Shown here: positions 35,973 to 46,896 of the stretch, one piece after another
How positions within the stretch are numbered: the first letter of the stretch is position 1
Layout of the letters: each line of letters opens with the position of its first letter
Assembly: GCA_001600815.1 (NCBI GenBank)
Contig: BCKZ01000017.1
Span: 535,970 to 599,969, forward strand
Reading direction: 5' to 3'
DNA from: Alloascoidea hylecoeti
Lineage: Eukaryota
Length of the DNA: 64,000 nt
Notes under the pieces: model-generated
The model's database searches: none
Seen by the model: only the letters and a program-made list of their open reading frames with translations
What the model was told of the DNA's origin: nothing
Program-made: the position numbers and the translations under genes

Positions 35973-37454
35973 TTATTTTTCTATCAAAGCTGCTTTTTTA
36001 GCAGCAGCAATTTTTCTATTTTTTGCAAATAATAAACATAATGGTAAAACACAAGAATTAATAACAATCCAGGCAAATAAAATTCCAATATTTCTGCCAA
36101 TTATACTTTTTGTACCAAATAATATAGTTCTATTATAATGAACAGCTTGAAAAATTGGCATCATATAACCAAATTTAAAAACATGAGGCATTAATTCAAA
36201 TGGTGCAAAAGCAGTTGAAGAATTTAATAAAACCCATGTAATTAAACCAAATCCTAAAATTGGTGGGAATGATGAAAAAGCAATTATACAAAAATTTTCA
36301 GTTGCTCCACCTAATGCAGTCATTATAATCCAATTCATCATCCAAAATACAACAAATCCTCCTTTTCCATATTTATGTGTGAAATCAACTTGAAATGCTA
36401 ATGATACTAATGAATATGATAATGAAAGGAAAAAATATGATAAAAGATTTATAGCAATTCTATAACCAAGATATTGTATAAATGGTACTTTACCCATCAT
36501 TACCATTTGTATTTGTCCAAAGAAATTAAATTGAAAAAATGAAACAATAATTAAGAAAATTAATCCAACTTGAACTAAAACTTGCGTAACATCACCAGTA
36601 AAAGGTATAACATTAACATTTGTAATTGATATTGGATGAGTTAGTAATTGTGGAGCATTTGAACCAAGTTTAACAAAATCTGAAGAACTTAATTCTTGTG
36701 TTAAATTTGAAACAAATTCATTTGAAAAAGATTTACTAAAAGCATTATTTAATAATTCAATTCTAGGCATTATCATTGTTGCAAATATTGTTTCTTGTCT
36801 TGCTTGAGCATAAATAAATTGAATTAAATAATCAGAATTGAAAGATGTATTAACTTCATCTCTTGCTGAAATTAAAGATTTTGTTGCATTTGAATTAATT
36901 ACAATAATACCCCACACTTTTTCATTTTTAACTTCATGGTGTAAGGTTTCAATACTATAGTTAAAATTAGATTTATTATAAATCTGATATCCTAAGTTTG
37001 TTTTTGGACCAATGAATGAATTAACCGATTCAATTAATTTTGGACCAACGATTGGTGATGTTCCATTATACCCCTCATCCCAATCAAGAACCCAAATGTT
37101 TAAATTATGAACTCTTTCATTTCGTCTATAATTACTTCCCCAATAAATTGATAGCGTAGCAAGTACTAAAGTAAACATTAACAATACAACGGGGATAAAT
37201 TGTAAGAAAACTGATTTATGATGCTTACGTAGAGAAGAATCAAAAATATGAACTGCTCTTTGTACTGCAACACTTGCTTTTGTACTTATTCTGCTTAATC
37301 TTCCCAAACTTTGATTTGTAGATGTTTTGTTTAAACCACTATTATCTTCGATATCATTTTGGAATTCATGGATACTTCCACTTGAGGAAGAACTTTCTGG
37401 TTTTTGGTTGAGGTCAGATGTATTCCTCGGACCAGGACTATTAGTTGAAGACAT
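35973..37454 (-). CDS. Sng1/DUF3533-family membrane protein
   Basis: LSIYWGS after TM1, a large luminal loop, then several TM helices with AFQVDF...YGKGGFVVFWM. Confidence 0.8.
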   Translation of the reverse strand: MSSTNSPGPRNTSDLNQKPESSSSSGSIHEFQNDIEDNSGLNKTSTNQSLGRLSRISTKASVAVQRAVHIFDSSLRKHHKSVFLQFIPVVLLMFTLVLATLSIYWGSNYRRNERVHNLNIWVLDWDEGYNGTSPIVGPKLIESVNSFIGPKTNLGYQIYNKSNFNYSIETLHHEVKNEKVWGIIVINSNATKSLISARDEVNTSFNSDYLIQFIYAQARQETIFATMIMPRIELLNNAFSKSFSNEFVSNLTQELSSSDFVKLGSNAPQLLTHPISITNVNVIPFTGDVTQVLVQVGLIFLIIVSFFQFNFFGQIQMVMMGKVPFIQYLGYRIAINLLSYFFLSLSYSLVSLAFQVDFTHKYGKGGFVVFWMMNWIIMTALGGATENFCIIAFSSFPPILGFGLITWVLLNSSTAFAPFELMPHVFKFGYMMPIFQAVHYNRTILFGTKSIIGRNIGILFAWIVINSCVLPLCLLFAKNRKIAAAKKAALIEK

Positions 37455-39009
37455 TATTTATGACCAATGTGATATGTGTGATATGTGTGATATTTGCAAG
37501 GCTGACTTGGCGAGGCTTAATTAGTGAGGTTTAATTGGTGAGGCTGAATTTTCAGGACTGAAGGTTGATAATAATTATTTGTATTGGAAATGCCGTTATA
37601 TTTATATATTTTCAGAGGAAATTTACAATTAATAATATCGAGGTTATTAATTACAAATCAAATAAATTATACTGAAATAGTGGTGGAAGGAAATATCGGT
37701 TGCTTTTTGTGAAAGGATAATTACAAATCAAAAATAATTTTTACAGGTTTAATTAATAATTAAGGAAGTATCGGCTTTTATTTGATAATTCCGAACGCCC
37801 ATGTTTTTCTATTCTTTCAGCATAAAAACATTCAGTTCCATTAAAAATGACTATTTCAGAATGGAAAGCCGTTTTATATTTTCTTCTATTCAAAAGATTA
37901 CTATTATCTTACTAAGAAGTTCATTTTCAGTCTGTTACGACTGCTATCTATACAAATGCTGTTTAACGCTGTTCTCTGCTGCCAGCATTCTATCATTTCG
38001 GTTATGAGCCATGCGCCCGTGTATATTAGTAACTATACTGTATAAGTGTATATTAATAAATTTGACATTACCAGAGAAGATTTAATAGTATTTACTCAAA
38101 ATATTCGTTCTATGGCATGCACTATAATGTACTGTATCCCCTCAGTTACGTGAGTCGCTCTGGATTAGATGAACAAGACAAATCAAAGAGTAAGCAATAT
38201 TTTACAACTTTACATGAAGAGTTCATAAAATCTCTTTTCATTATGGGCCGCTCATGAGCATCATAGAAAATCTTCGAAACTACACATCGGCTCAGTTTTT
38301 ATCGAGTTGCCGATTTACAACGATTATTTACATTTATTATAATTATATCCTTGGAGTAAATCTTTAACAATATATTATCCTCCACCGAATTTGTCAAAAT
38401 TCACAATTGACATTATAATAATTATAAACATGTTATTTCGGTCACCACCTTTATTTATTCCATTCCACTGCAATAGAATTATATCGATATATGCGCGAAA
38501 TTCTAAGTCTTATCTATCTAGTTTTATAGCTATATAGGCAGGGGCAATTGAAAACTTGCGTAATCTATAATTAATAATACTTTTGGTTAAAAAAATCATT
38601 GAATTTACTGTCTGACCAAGATCTACATGAAACCGGCGCTTTTTTCTCGAGTACCGCCCCAAATATCCACCCTAAAAACATGAATATGAAATATTCCCAG
38701 CATGTTTCTTTTTTTCTTAAGCCGAAAACCCAAACAAACAGAACGGTATGTCTGAAGATAGACTGGAGTGATCTCATGATGTTTGGGATGGTGTTGTCTG
38801 AGTACGTAGGTGCTCTACAAAAGCCAAGCCAGACCTTAAAAATATTTATAACATAGGTAAGTCTGGACTTGTGTGTCTCATGATCTGGAGTGAAAATTGG
38901 AAAAGTAGTCGTGCTGCATTGTAAGGGTTGACTAGGGTTCTTGTTATATATGCCTCGTAGAGGTGACGGCCATTTATGATCTTAAGGACGCTTATAACAA
39001 CTAAATAAT

Positions 39010-39130
39010 AAACTTAAAATGAAATTCTATAATCTATAGACTCTCCAGATTAAAACTATTCTAAGAACAGTTTAAGGTTTTATATAGCACTCACTACTTA
39101 GTAGTAAATGGTTATAATATTGCAATTGTC
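39010..39130 (+). repeat. Diverged dispersed repeat, copy 2
   Basis: aactattctaagaacagtttaaggttttatatagcactca (39054-39093) aligns to the reverse complement of 32040-32079. Confidence 0.6.
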
Positions 39131-41506
39131 TTATGTAAACTGGTAACCCGAAAGTAAAAGGTCTATATTTGTAGTTAGTAATTACTAATATATCTAGTAT
39201 TATAATCGTAAGCAGCTACAACTGACAATTTCAATGTTGTATGATAAGTTTATCTTGAAAATAATGTTGATTGAAGAATATTTAATATTGATATTAATAC
39301 TACTAATTAAATGGTGGAATTTAAATAAAATAATTATTGGTTTCTTTATATATTTCATTAAATTGTTTCTTGATTATAAGTCGTCTTTTGATTCAAATAT
39401 TTTCTAGATTATTCTGGTGAACACAACATAAATATTGTTGCTTTTCGTCTGGATCTGCTCGAATTCTGTAGCAGTGGAGTGTCTGGAGGTAAATATTTGA
39501 GAGTATTTAAAAACGTACCTAAAGAGAAAAGTGTTAAATTTCAACATTTATATTTGGTGGGTGTTTGTTTGAAATATTTAAGTTTGGTTTTTAAGGTTTC
39601 AATAATCGGGTTATTAATGGAACTCCATAAATGTTTTATTTATACAACATATTTATTTGGTCTCATTATTTATCTATTTAGTATGGTAATGAGATGAGTT
39701 TAGAAAACTATATTCAGCAATTAGCTGAAACGATGTAAGAACTTGTTAAGTTCAGAGACGAACAATGAAAATTTTATCTTTCAATTTTTCATTCGAATTC
39801 CCAAAAACTTAAATTATAACTCTAAAATTAACTCAATATATACAGATATATAAATGTGATCATAATTATGAAAACTGTAGGAAAATTCCTGGGAAATTCA
39901 ACTCCTAGAAGAGATAAGAATGTGGAGTATACGAAACGATTTTTGGACACTCCAATTGTGATATTTTTGAAAGACTCAACACCATGCTACACATGATCAA
40001 AATGATTAACCCTCTCTATTCCCCTCTATTCTGAGTGCAGGTGCTTGTGGAATAAAACCGTTAAATGCATTTGTCACATTAAGCGCTTAATGATCGTGTT
40101 TTTCAATACCACAAAATAAAAAATATCCCGTGCAACACAACCCTATACAGTGCCGAAAAGTGCCTCACCTTCTAGATCTTCTTCATGTAAGTTAGTGCTC
40201 CTATCAGCAAGGCTGGTGATATTACGTTGTGGTTTGAAGAGGAGGGAATTGATGAAACGGACAGTGATCTGAAGTTCTGAACCTAATTGAGAAGGTGTGA
40301 GCGAAAGTGAGTTTCCATAATGATTATAATGAATAACAAAACACAATGCAATTGGCAGTGAGCACCTAACATATAATAATGGCCGTAGAGCTTGAAATAA
40401 TCGTATTAATATTTTTTTTTCATTTTAATGAATAATTCACCAAATACTTAATAATGATAATGTTTAATACTTGTTGTTAGGTCATTAAATACAATATCAC
40501 TTCCTTCTATAACCAGAAAAAGTAAATTAACAATGAGACACGATCTTTCATTGGAATATCGTATTTTAGGAATTTTCCGTTGCTCCTTAAATCTCGACGT
40601 TACAATGATAGTTCCTGGATTAAGGTTAGCTTAATTTTTCAACCTTATAGCTCATTAGCTCACCTTATATCTAATTCTTAGGTTAATAGCTTAACTATGA
40701 TGCTTGAACTGGAAGGACAATTCTATCTGAAAATTTGCAATTTTAAAGTAATTAAAAAAAGCCTCTATTTCGAATTTAAATATTTATAAATAATTAATAG
40801 TGTAACAATTATAAAGAAATAATTGTGTATCATGAGATCTCGACCATCGGCCGCGGCAAAGCGGCTCGGAATTTAACTTGTCAAGTAACCGTCTAAGATT
40901 GCGGTGCACGTCATAAAAGTCTCATACAATAATTAAAAAAGTTTTCATTAACCGATCTTCAAAAGTTTGACAAAATGCGATCTAGATCTAGAGCCAAAGT
41001 TAATACAAATCCAGAGCCAAAGTAAATGTTAAGTTCAGTTAGAAAACCTCTTTATAAATTTAAAAGTGGAAATTTCATTTAGTTTTAGAAATGTTTCTAA
41101 TACTGTTATCGTTAAGATTAGCAAAACCTTATCGCTTAAAGCCGGGTAATGAAAACGAGTTTGTGTTAAAATTCTTTCAAAATCTCTAATATTTTTAGGT
41201 TGAACAGTAAAATAAATTATTCAAAAAAAAAAAAAAAAAGACATACACAAAATTTTATATCTAGCATAACACTTTTCTCCTTATTTGCTTATTTGCTTTA
41301 TAAGAAAAATAAAAGTAATTATAAAAATAAGAATCATAAAAGTAATTACATTATCTCAAAATTAAAAAAGAGCAAGTGCTAGTAATAGTACTTTAATATT
41401 GATTTTCTTGAGTTAAAAGATATTTATATCTCTATGATCAACATTTTTTACAAATAAATATATTATTTCATTAAATAAAATTTTATCAATAAAAAACAAT
41501 AAAAAA

Positions 41507-42928
41507 ATGGGTTCATCACCAAACCTACATTTTAACGATTGGGAGGCGGAAGATGAAAAACTTCAAAGTATTGCTATGACAGGCCCTAATGGATTACTTA
41601 TAGACGTTAAGACAAATGACACCAGCATATCCAATAATTTTGAAAATTTATCAAAAAATTTATACCTTGATAGAAAAATCATTAATACCAATAAGGAAGA
41701 TCTAGAAGACGTTGATATTATGGAACATGGTACCGGTGTTACAAGTGATCAAGATGGATCAGATATTGGTTCACCGGCATTGAATTTGATTACGTCAAAT
41801 AACGGTACACCTATTGGTCATCGCCTTATACAAACAACTTCTACAATATCATTTTTATCATTATCACCTGGAAATTTAATTAATAGTAATTTAAGTGACG
41901 AGGTATCTTTCGAGGCCAATAATCAAAGTCCAAAATTTCAAAATTGTATCTCAACAACATCAAATCCTATTGGAATTGGAATCGGAATTGGTTCACCGAT
42001 AAACAGAAGAGGATTACAATCAAATTTGAATAATTTTATAGACAGTAATCCAATTCAAATAAATAATATCAATAATGATGATGTTAATGTCAATAGTTTC
42101 AAAAGAGCAAATGGTCTTTTTGGTTCAGCTTCTGGATTTCAATCCTCATTTTATCATAAGAGGCATCATCATTATCAAAACAGTAATAATAATATTAACG
42201 ATACAAGTTCTCCAATCACGCGACAATCAAAACTTTCATTTGCCAATACAATGACTGCACCTGTTAATATTAACGGTAATAGCAACGTTAATAAGGATGA
42301 TTCCATGGTTTGGACAAACAATAATGGAAATATGCATAATAATAATGTGACGGCTGGTGAGCCCAGATCACCTCATCTTGATCCAGTATCACTTGCTGGT
42401 TCACCTTCAGGATATGTTTTAAACCACTCAACTTTACCAAGCTCGTTGTCTGGTCCAAAAGGCTCATATTTCCTATTGAATAATGTTAACGGTGGTGTAA
42501 ATAATATTGTTGCTGGAGAGAGAAATTCAGCAATTGATATTCCGCTTCAACCGTTAAATTCGCCTCATTTGCAACCTGTGCAGACTCCCATGGAACAACC
42601 CATGACTCCATTGTCACTATCACGAACGACAAGTCAGTCAGTTGAAAGAAGTGGTGGTTTTGCCGAGAGAGTGAGCCTATTGCCAAACATGCAAAATCTG
42701 AGTCTAAGAAGTTCCAACGGGAATATGTACGTGTTAAGTCCTAAAGCGAACGGCAGACGGAGCAGTTTGGCCAATCAATTCCAGATTCCAGGCATGGAAG
42801 TTTTGGACGAGCAGGAAGGTGAGAATGGCGGTGAAATGGAGTATATGAACAGTAATATTGAACATGAAATTCAACAAGCGCTGGAAGATGAACTCGAGAT
42901 CGGTCAGTTGCAAAACACGCAGAATTAA
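41507..42928 (+). CDS. Hypothetical Asn/Ser-rich, probably disordered protein with many SP/TP sites
   Basis: 473-aa ORF with A-rich start context (aaaaaATG) and motifs SPHLDPVSLAGSP and SPHLQPVQTPMEQPMTPL; family not recognised. Confidence 0.75.
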   Translation: MGSSPNLHFNDWEAEDEKLQSIAMTGPNGLLIDVKTNDTSISNNFENLSKNLYLDRKIINTNKEDLEDVDIMEHGTGVTSDQDGSDIGSPALNLITSNNGTPIGHRLIQTTSTISFLSLSPGNLINSNLSDEVSFEANNQSPKFQNCISTTSNPIGIGIGIGSPINRRGLQSNLNNFIDSNPIQINNINNDDVNVNSFKRANGLFGSASGFQSSFYHKRHHHYQNSNNNINDTSSPITRQSKLSFANTMTAPVNINGNSNVNKDDSMVWTNNNGNMHNNNVTAGEPRSPHLDPVSLAGSPSGYVLNHSTLPSSLSGPKGSYFLLNNVNGGVNNIVAGERNSAIDIPLQPLNSPHLQPVQTPMEQPMTPLSLSRTTSQSVERSGGFAERVSLLPNMQNLSLRSSNGNMYVLSPKANGRRSSLANQFQIPGMEVLDEQEGENGGEMEYMNSNIEHEIQQALEDELEIGQLQNTQN

Positions 42929-42987
42929 AATTGGCTGCGGATATAATATAAATGAGTATAAGAATAAATATAAATTGCACACAAATA

Positions 42988-43034
42988 TGATAAAATTGAT
43001 AAAATTGATAAAATTGATAAAATTGATAAAATTG
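42988..43034. repeat. 9-bp tandem repeat (TGATAAAAT)x5
   Basis: Directly visible. Confidence 0.95.
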
Positions 43035-43407
43035 TTGCCTAGTAACTTATTGCTCTGTAATGTTTTTCACTTCCGTTTATAAAAATTATGTAGCAATATT
43101 TCCAAAACGCAATTTCTTAAATTTCAACGCAATTTTTCTAATTTTCAAACGCAATTTTCCCATTGTACTGTAAATCATTTCAATTCGCCAAGCATTGCGC
43201 TCTAATTATGCATCATTATCCGCATCTCTTTGGTGCGATGGGTATGCTTTTCTCCACAAATACCTTATATGCGTTAACAATATTAAAATGATAAACGTTA
43301 TAATTATTAATAAACATGCATTCATATAAAAACCGGGAATATCTTCCTTTTTCATTGTTTTTTTCACTTTTCAATCATCAATTATATATTATACACATAC
43401 AAACAAC

Positions 43408-44991
43408 ATGAGTATACAACTCTTACCATCGGAGATACTTCACAATGTTTTATCTTTTTCTCGACACAAAGACCTTCTTTCTGCAATGGCGGTTTCTTAC
43501 GAATGGTATGAAATATCTTTAAGGATATTATATCAAACAGTGGTCCCAAAATCATCTAAAGATCTGGAAATATTAAGTAGATTATACAGTACTAACAATC
43601 TAAAGTTTGGCGCTGTGGATTTTTCTCAGTTTAGAGGTAATTTACAGGATGATATGACACTACCTAAATCTTTTTTCAAATCTTCCAAATGGATTAAATT
43701 TAATAATAGTTTCAATGATTATTTAAATGAAGGCATTATAATTGATATTTTTTCAAATGCAATGTTAGAATCTATCGATTTTTATGGTATTTTTAATAAT
43801 AATTTGGAATGTGGATTAATATCTTCAACAAAACTTGAGATTTCAAGAAAAATAATAAATAATCTTAAAGGTATTGGATTAAATTCATGTCAATTATCAA
43901 ATGATATTATAGAAGAATTCTTAAAATTATTAAATAAAGTCGAAAAGTTGGATATTTCAACATCTGAAATTAATATTAAATCTTTGAATTTTTTGGAAAG
44001 TCCTTATCTATCACATTTAAATTTAGCTCATTGTGAACAACTATATATAACAAATGATGATGATTATGATGATGAAAATAAGATTATGTTGGATGAAGTT
44101 TTAACAAAATTTCAAAATTTGAAATGGCTTTCTTTAGAATCAAAAAATTCAATGTCTAATAATTTAATGAATAAAATTTTACATTTATCAAATTTAAAAA
44201 CATCATTAATTCATCTTAATATAAAAGGTCATTATTTAAATACAGAAAGTTTATATCAATTAACAAAATTTAAAAATTTAAAGTCATTAACTTTTGGTTT
44301 TAATAATAATCCTTCAGTTATTTCAATGAAATTTCTTAAAAATTTATTAAATAATTTTAATAATTTAAAATTTATTGATTTATCTGGGTTTTCAAGTTTA
44401 TCTGCTTTTGAATATCAAGGAACAGATTTTCTTAAATCAATACCAAAATCAATTGAGGTTATTGAAATTAATAGTTCAATTGCTGATGAATTAAGATTAG
44501 AAAGAATGATAACAATTGATTGGTATGTTGGAATGTGTGAAGGTAAAAGGAGAAGTTGGTTATTCCGATTAAATGATATTACATGTTCAGATTTGAATTT
44601 CAAATTAAATTTAAGATCTCGATCAATGGATAATTCAATTTATGAATCAAATCATAATGTTATTGCACCTAAAACTGGTAGTGTTCATAGTTTTAATCCA
44701 CATTCATTAAGAAAAAATATTGAAGTAAAACAAGAACATAATCCTCAGACAAGGTTTCATTCATCTATAATTTCAACACCAGAAACAGGAAGTGTTTTTA
44801 AAGATACATTTACAACAAGTAGAAGTCGTTTCGATAGATATGAGAATGCTTTAAATACAAAATGTTTTAGTACTTTGAAAATATCAAATGATTCAAAATT
44901 TAGATATTTAAAATATGGTTCTAAAAAATTAAATGTTGTTGATGATGATGTGGAGATGGGATCTTACAATTATGCTGCTTATAGAGTTTAA
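43408..44991 (+). CDS. F-box / leucine-rich-repeat protein (YLR352W-like)
   Basis: N-terminal LLPSEILHNVLSF F-box-like motif, LRRs (VEKLDIS, LSHLNLAHC, LKFIDLSG), and C-terminal GKRRSW...YLKYGSKK..YNY motifs. Confidence 0.72.
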   Translation: MSIQLLPSEILHNVLSFSRHKDLLSAMAVSYEWYEISLRILYQTVVPKSSKDLEILSRLYSTNNLKFGAVDFSQFRGNLQDDMTLPKSFFKSSKWIKFNNSFNDYLNEGIIIDIFSNAMLESIDFYGIFNNNLECGLISSTKLEISRKIINNLKGIGLNSCQLSNDIIEEFLKLLNKVEKLDISTSEINIKSLNFLESPYLSHLNLAHCEQLYITNDDDYDDENKIMLDEVLTKFQNLKWLSLESKNSMSNNLMNKILHLSNLKTSLIHLNIKGHYLNTESLYQLTKFKNLKSLTFGFNNNPSVISMKFLKNLLNNFNNLKFIDLSGFSSLSAFEYQGTDFLKSIPKSIEVIEINSSIADELRLERMITIDWYVGMCEGKRRSWLFRLNDITCSDLNFKLNLRSRSMDNSIYESNHNVIAPKTGSVHSFNPHSLRKNIEVKQEHNPQTRFHSSIISTPETGSVFKDTFTTSRSRFDRYENALNTKCFSTLKISNDSKFRYLKYGSKKLNVVDDDVEMGSYNYAAYRV

Positions 44992-45299
44992 TTATAAACA
45001 TTTGGTTTAATTTTAAGGGGGAATGTTCTGGTTTTTTAAATATTATGTTTTGAATGTGTTCTTTTTGGTTATTGTTTGTGTTTATGTTTGTGCTCTAATG
45101 AATCTAGCTTATAGAAAAGCTTTAAGTTGTTTGATTTATAAATATTATATATAATATTTTGAACTTATAATTAATATTAACTTAAGTTGTATCATAGTTG
45201 ATTAGAAAACTTATAATGTTTTATTAGTCTGGAACTTTTTATAGTAACATTCGTACAATGTGGGTAGATCTAGTGCCAGCTATTAATATCCTCCACATC

Positions 45300-45640
45300 A
45301 CCCACTTAGAGTCTTGTTAATCTCGGAGATTGTATCTTCTGATGCTTGAAGATCAAATGCAGTACCAGAGTCGAGTGCTTCCAAAAATATAGTGTCATTT
45401 GATTTCAGATGATAGGTATCAACACTGTTAATACGATTTGCGCTCCGTTGTTTTTCTTTTGAGCTTATCTATTTATGCCATGATGCTGATACTTCATTCC
45501 AAAATTTAAGGCTTCGGCGTTGAAAATATCTAGGTTGTGTTTTGACGTAATTGATTCCTTTCCATATTGTGGTTTCGTCAGCGGTTTGAAAAAAGTGTTT
45601 CCAATGATGGTACTTCGTTTCATTCAGGTGATCTTCAAAT
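45300..45640 (-). mobile_element. Possible degenerate non-LTR (LINE, Tad1-like) ORF2 fragment
   Basis: TKYHHWKHFFQTADETTIWKGINYVK resembles the endonuclease-RT linker of fungal LINEs. FWKHSTLVL follows in another frame; stops and frameshifts present. Confidence 0.4.
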
Positions 45641-46071
45641 TTCACTTTTTGACTTAAAAGATAAAAGGGAACAACAATTATCAAAAAGAAAACACAGACT
45701 CTCAAATTTATGTCTCGGTAGTCGAAAACTCAATAATTAATAGCTCAACCAAAAATGATGAACTATCTGAAACTTGTCTACTGTCACGATTTGTCACTTT
45801 TTCAGTTCAATCAATAACTTGTTAAGATTAAAGAATCCACTCTTGAAGACCAAAAACTTAATTATCTGATTTCTTTCCTAAAAATGTACTCTTCTAGCTA
45901 AAGATATGATCTTCCTATCAAATTTATGTAATCCATGAGTTTAGTAGTTTTCTCCCGGTTTGCGTTTCCCAAAACTGCCGCACGTGTTGTCCATATTCTA
46001 GCCAATTCATATTCCAAAAGTGGCTTAATACATACTAGTGTATGAAGTAGTCTGAATTAGTGGTTTAATTG

Positions 46072-46247
46072 TGGCCTAAATTAAGTGGAATAACATGCAA
46101 TTATCGGACATCTCCAAAAGTTCGGGCCGTAACTAATATTGGGCGCATTATCACCGGTATATGGCTGGTTAATATTCAGGGATGTAGTAGAAGTCCAACC
46201 CGGCCAAAAATTATTATAAAGCCATGGCCGAAATTAAGTGAAATAAC
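46072..46247. repeat. Imperfect 23-bp direct repeat pair (46072-46094, 46225-46247)
   Basis: tggcctaaattaagtggaataac vs tggccgaaattaagtgaaataac. Confidence 0.75.
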
Positions 46248-46896
46248 TATATGAAATTACCTGGAATTGGTTATTGACCATGATTCATGATTCACGATCT
46301 ACCTATATGAAATTATATTTGGTTACTTTGTAATAGTTTGTATAAATATCTAGAGTTTAATTAATAAAATAGATGATTAAATATAATTATGAAATCACTA
46401 ATGAGAAAACAACAAGATAAATCCGTAATTTTAAATTTCCATCATTTAGATTATACAACGTCACAATCACTATCACTATCACATCAATAATAGGTTTGAG
46501 AATTGAAAGATTTAGTTTAGTTTATATTTATTGCATAAGAAGACCTGATCATAGCAAGATATTTTGGTTGTCATTGTTTTAAAGCCAGTTATAATATTGA
46601 CTTAACTTCATAGCACTATCTAGCTATGGTATTATTAACATTAAACCCTTTGGAAATATAAATAATATTTTTACTAATATACCGGTATAAGACATAAGAC
46701 ATATAATTAAATCTATATATCTATAATTGTCTATTATTTATTACATTGGTATAATTGAATATTATCAATTGAATCCAAAAGACAGAGATTTTCAACATCA
46801 AAAACGAAAAACAATTTTTTTTATAAATAAGAATGCAAATTAAATTTAACATATTATAACAAAATATATCATGAATATAATACTTCGTTTGTTTTT

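Noticed and set aside
40143..40346. 67-aa minus-strand ORF in a GC-richer patch
   Set aside because: No ATG start and no recognisable family.
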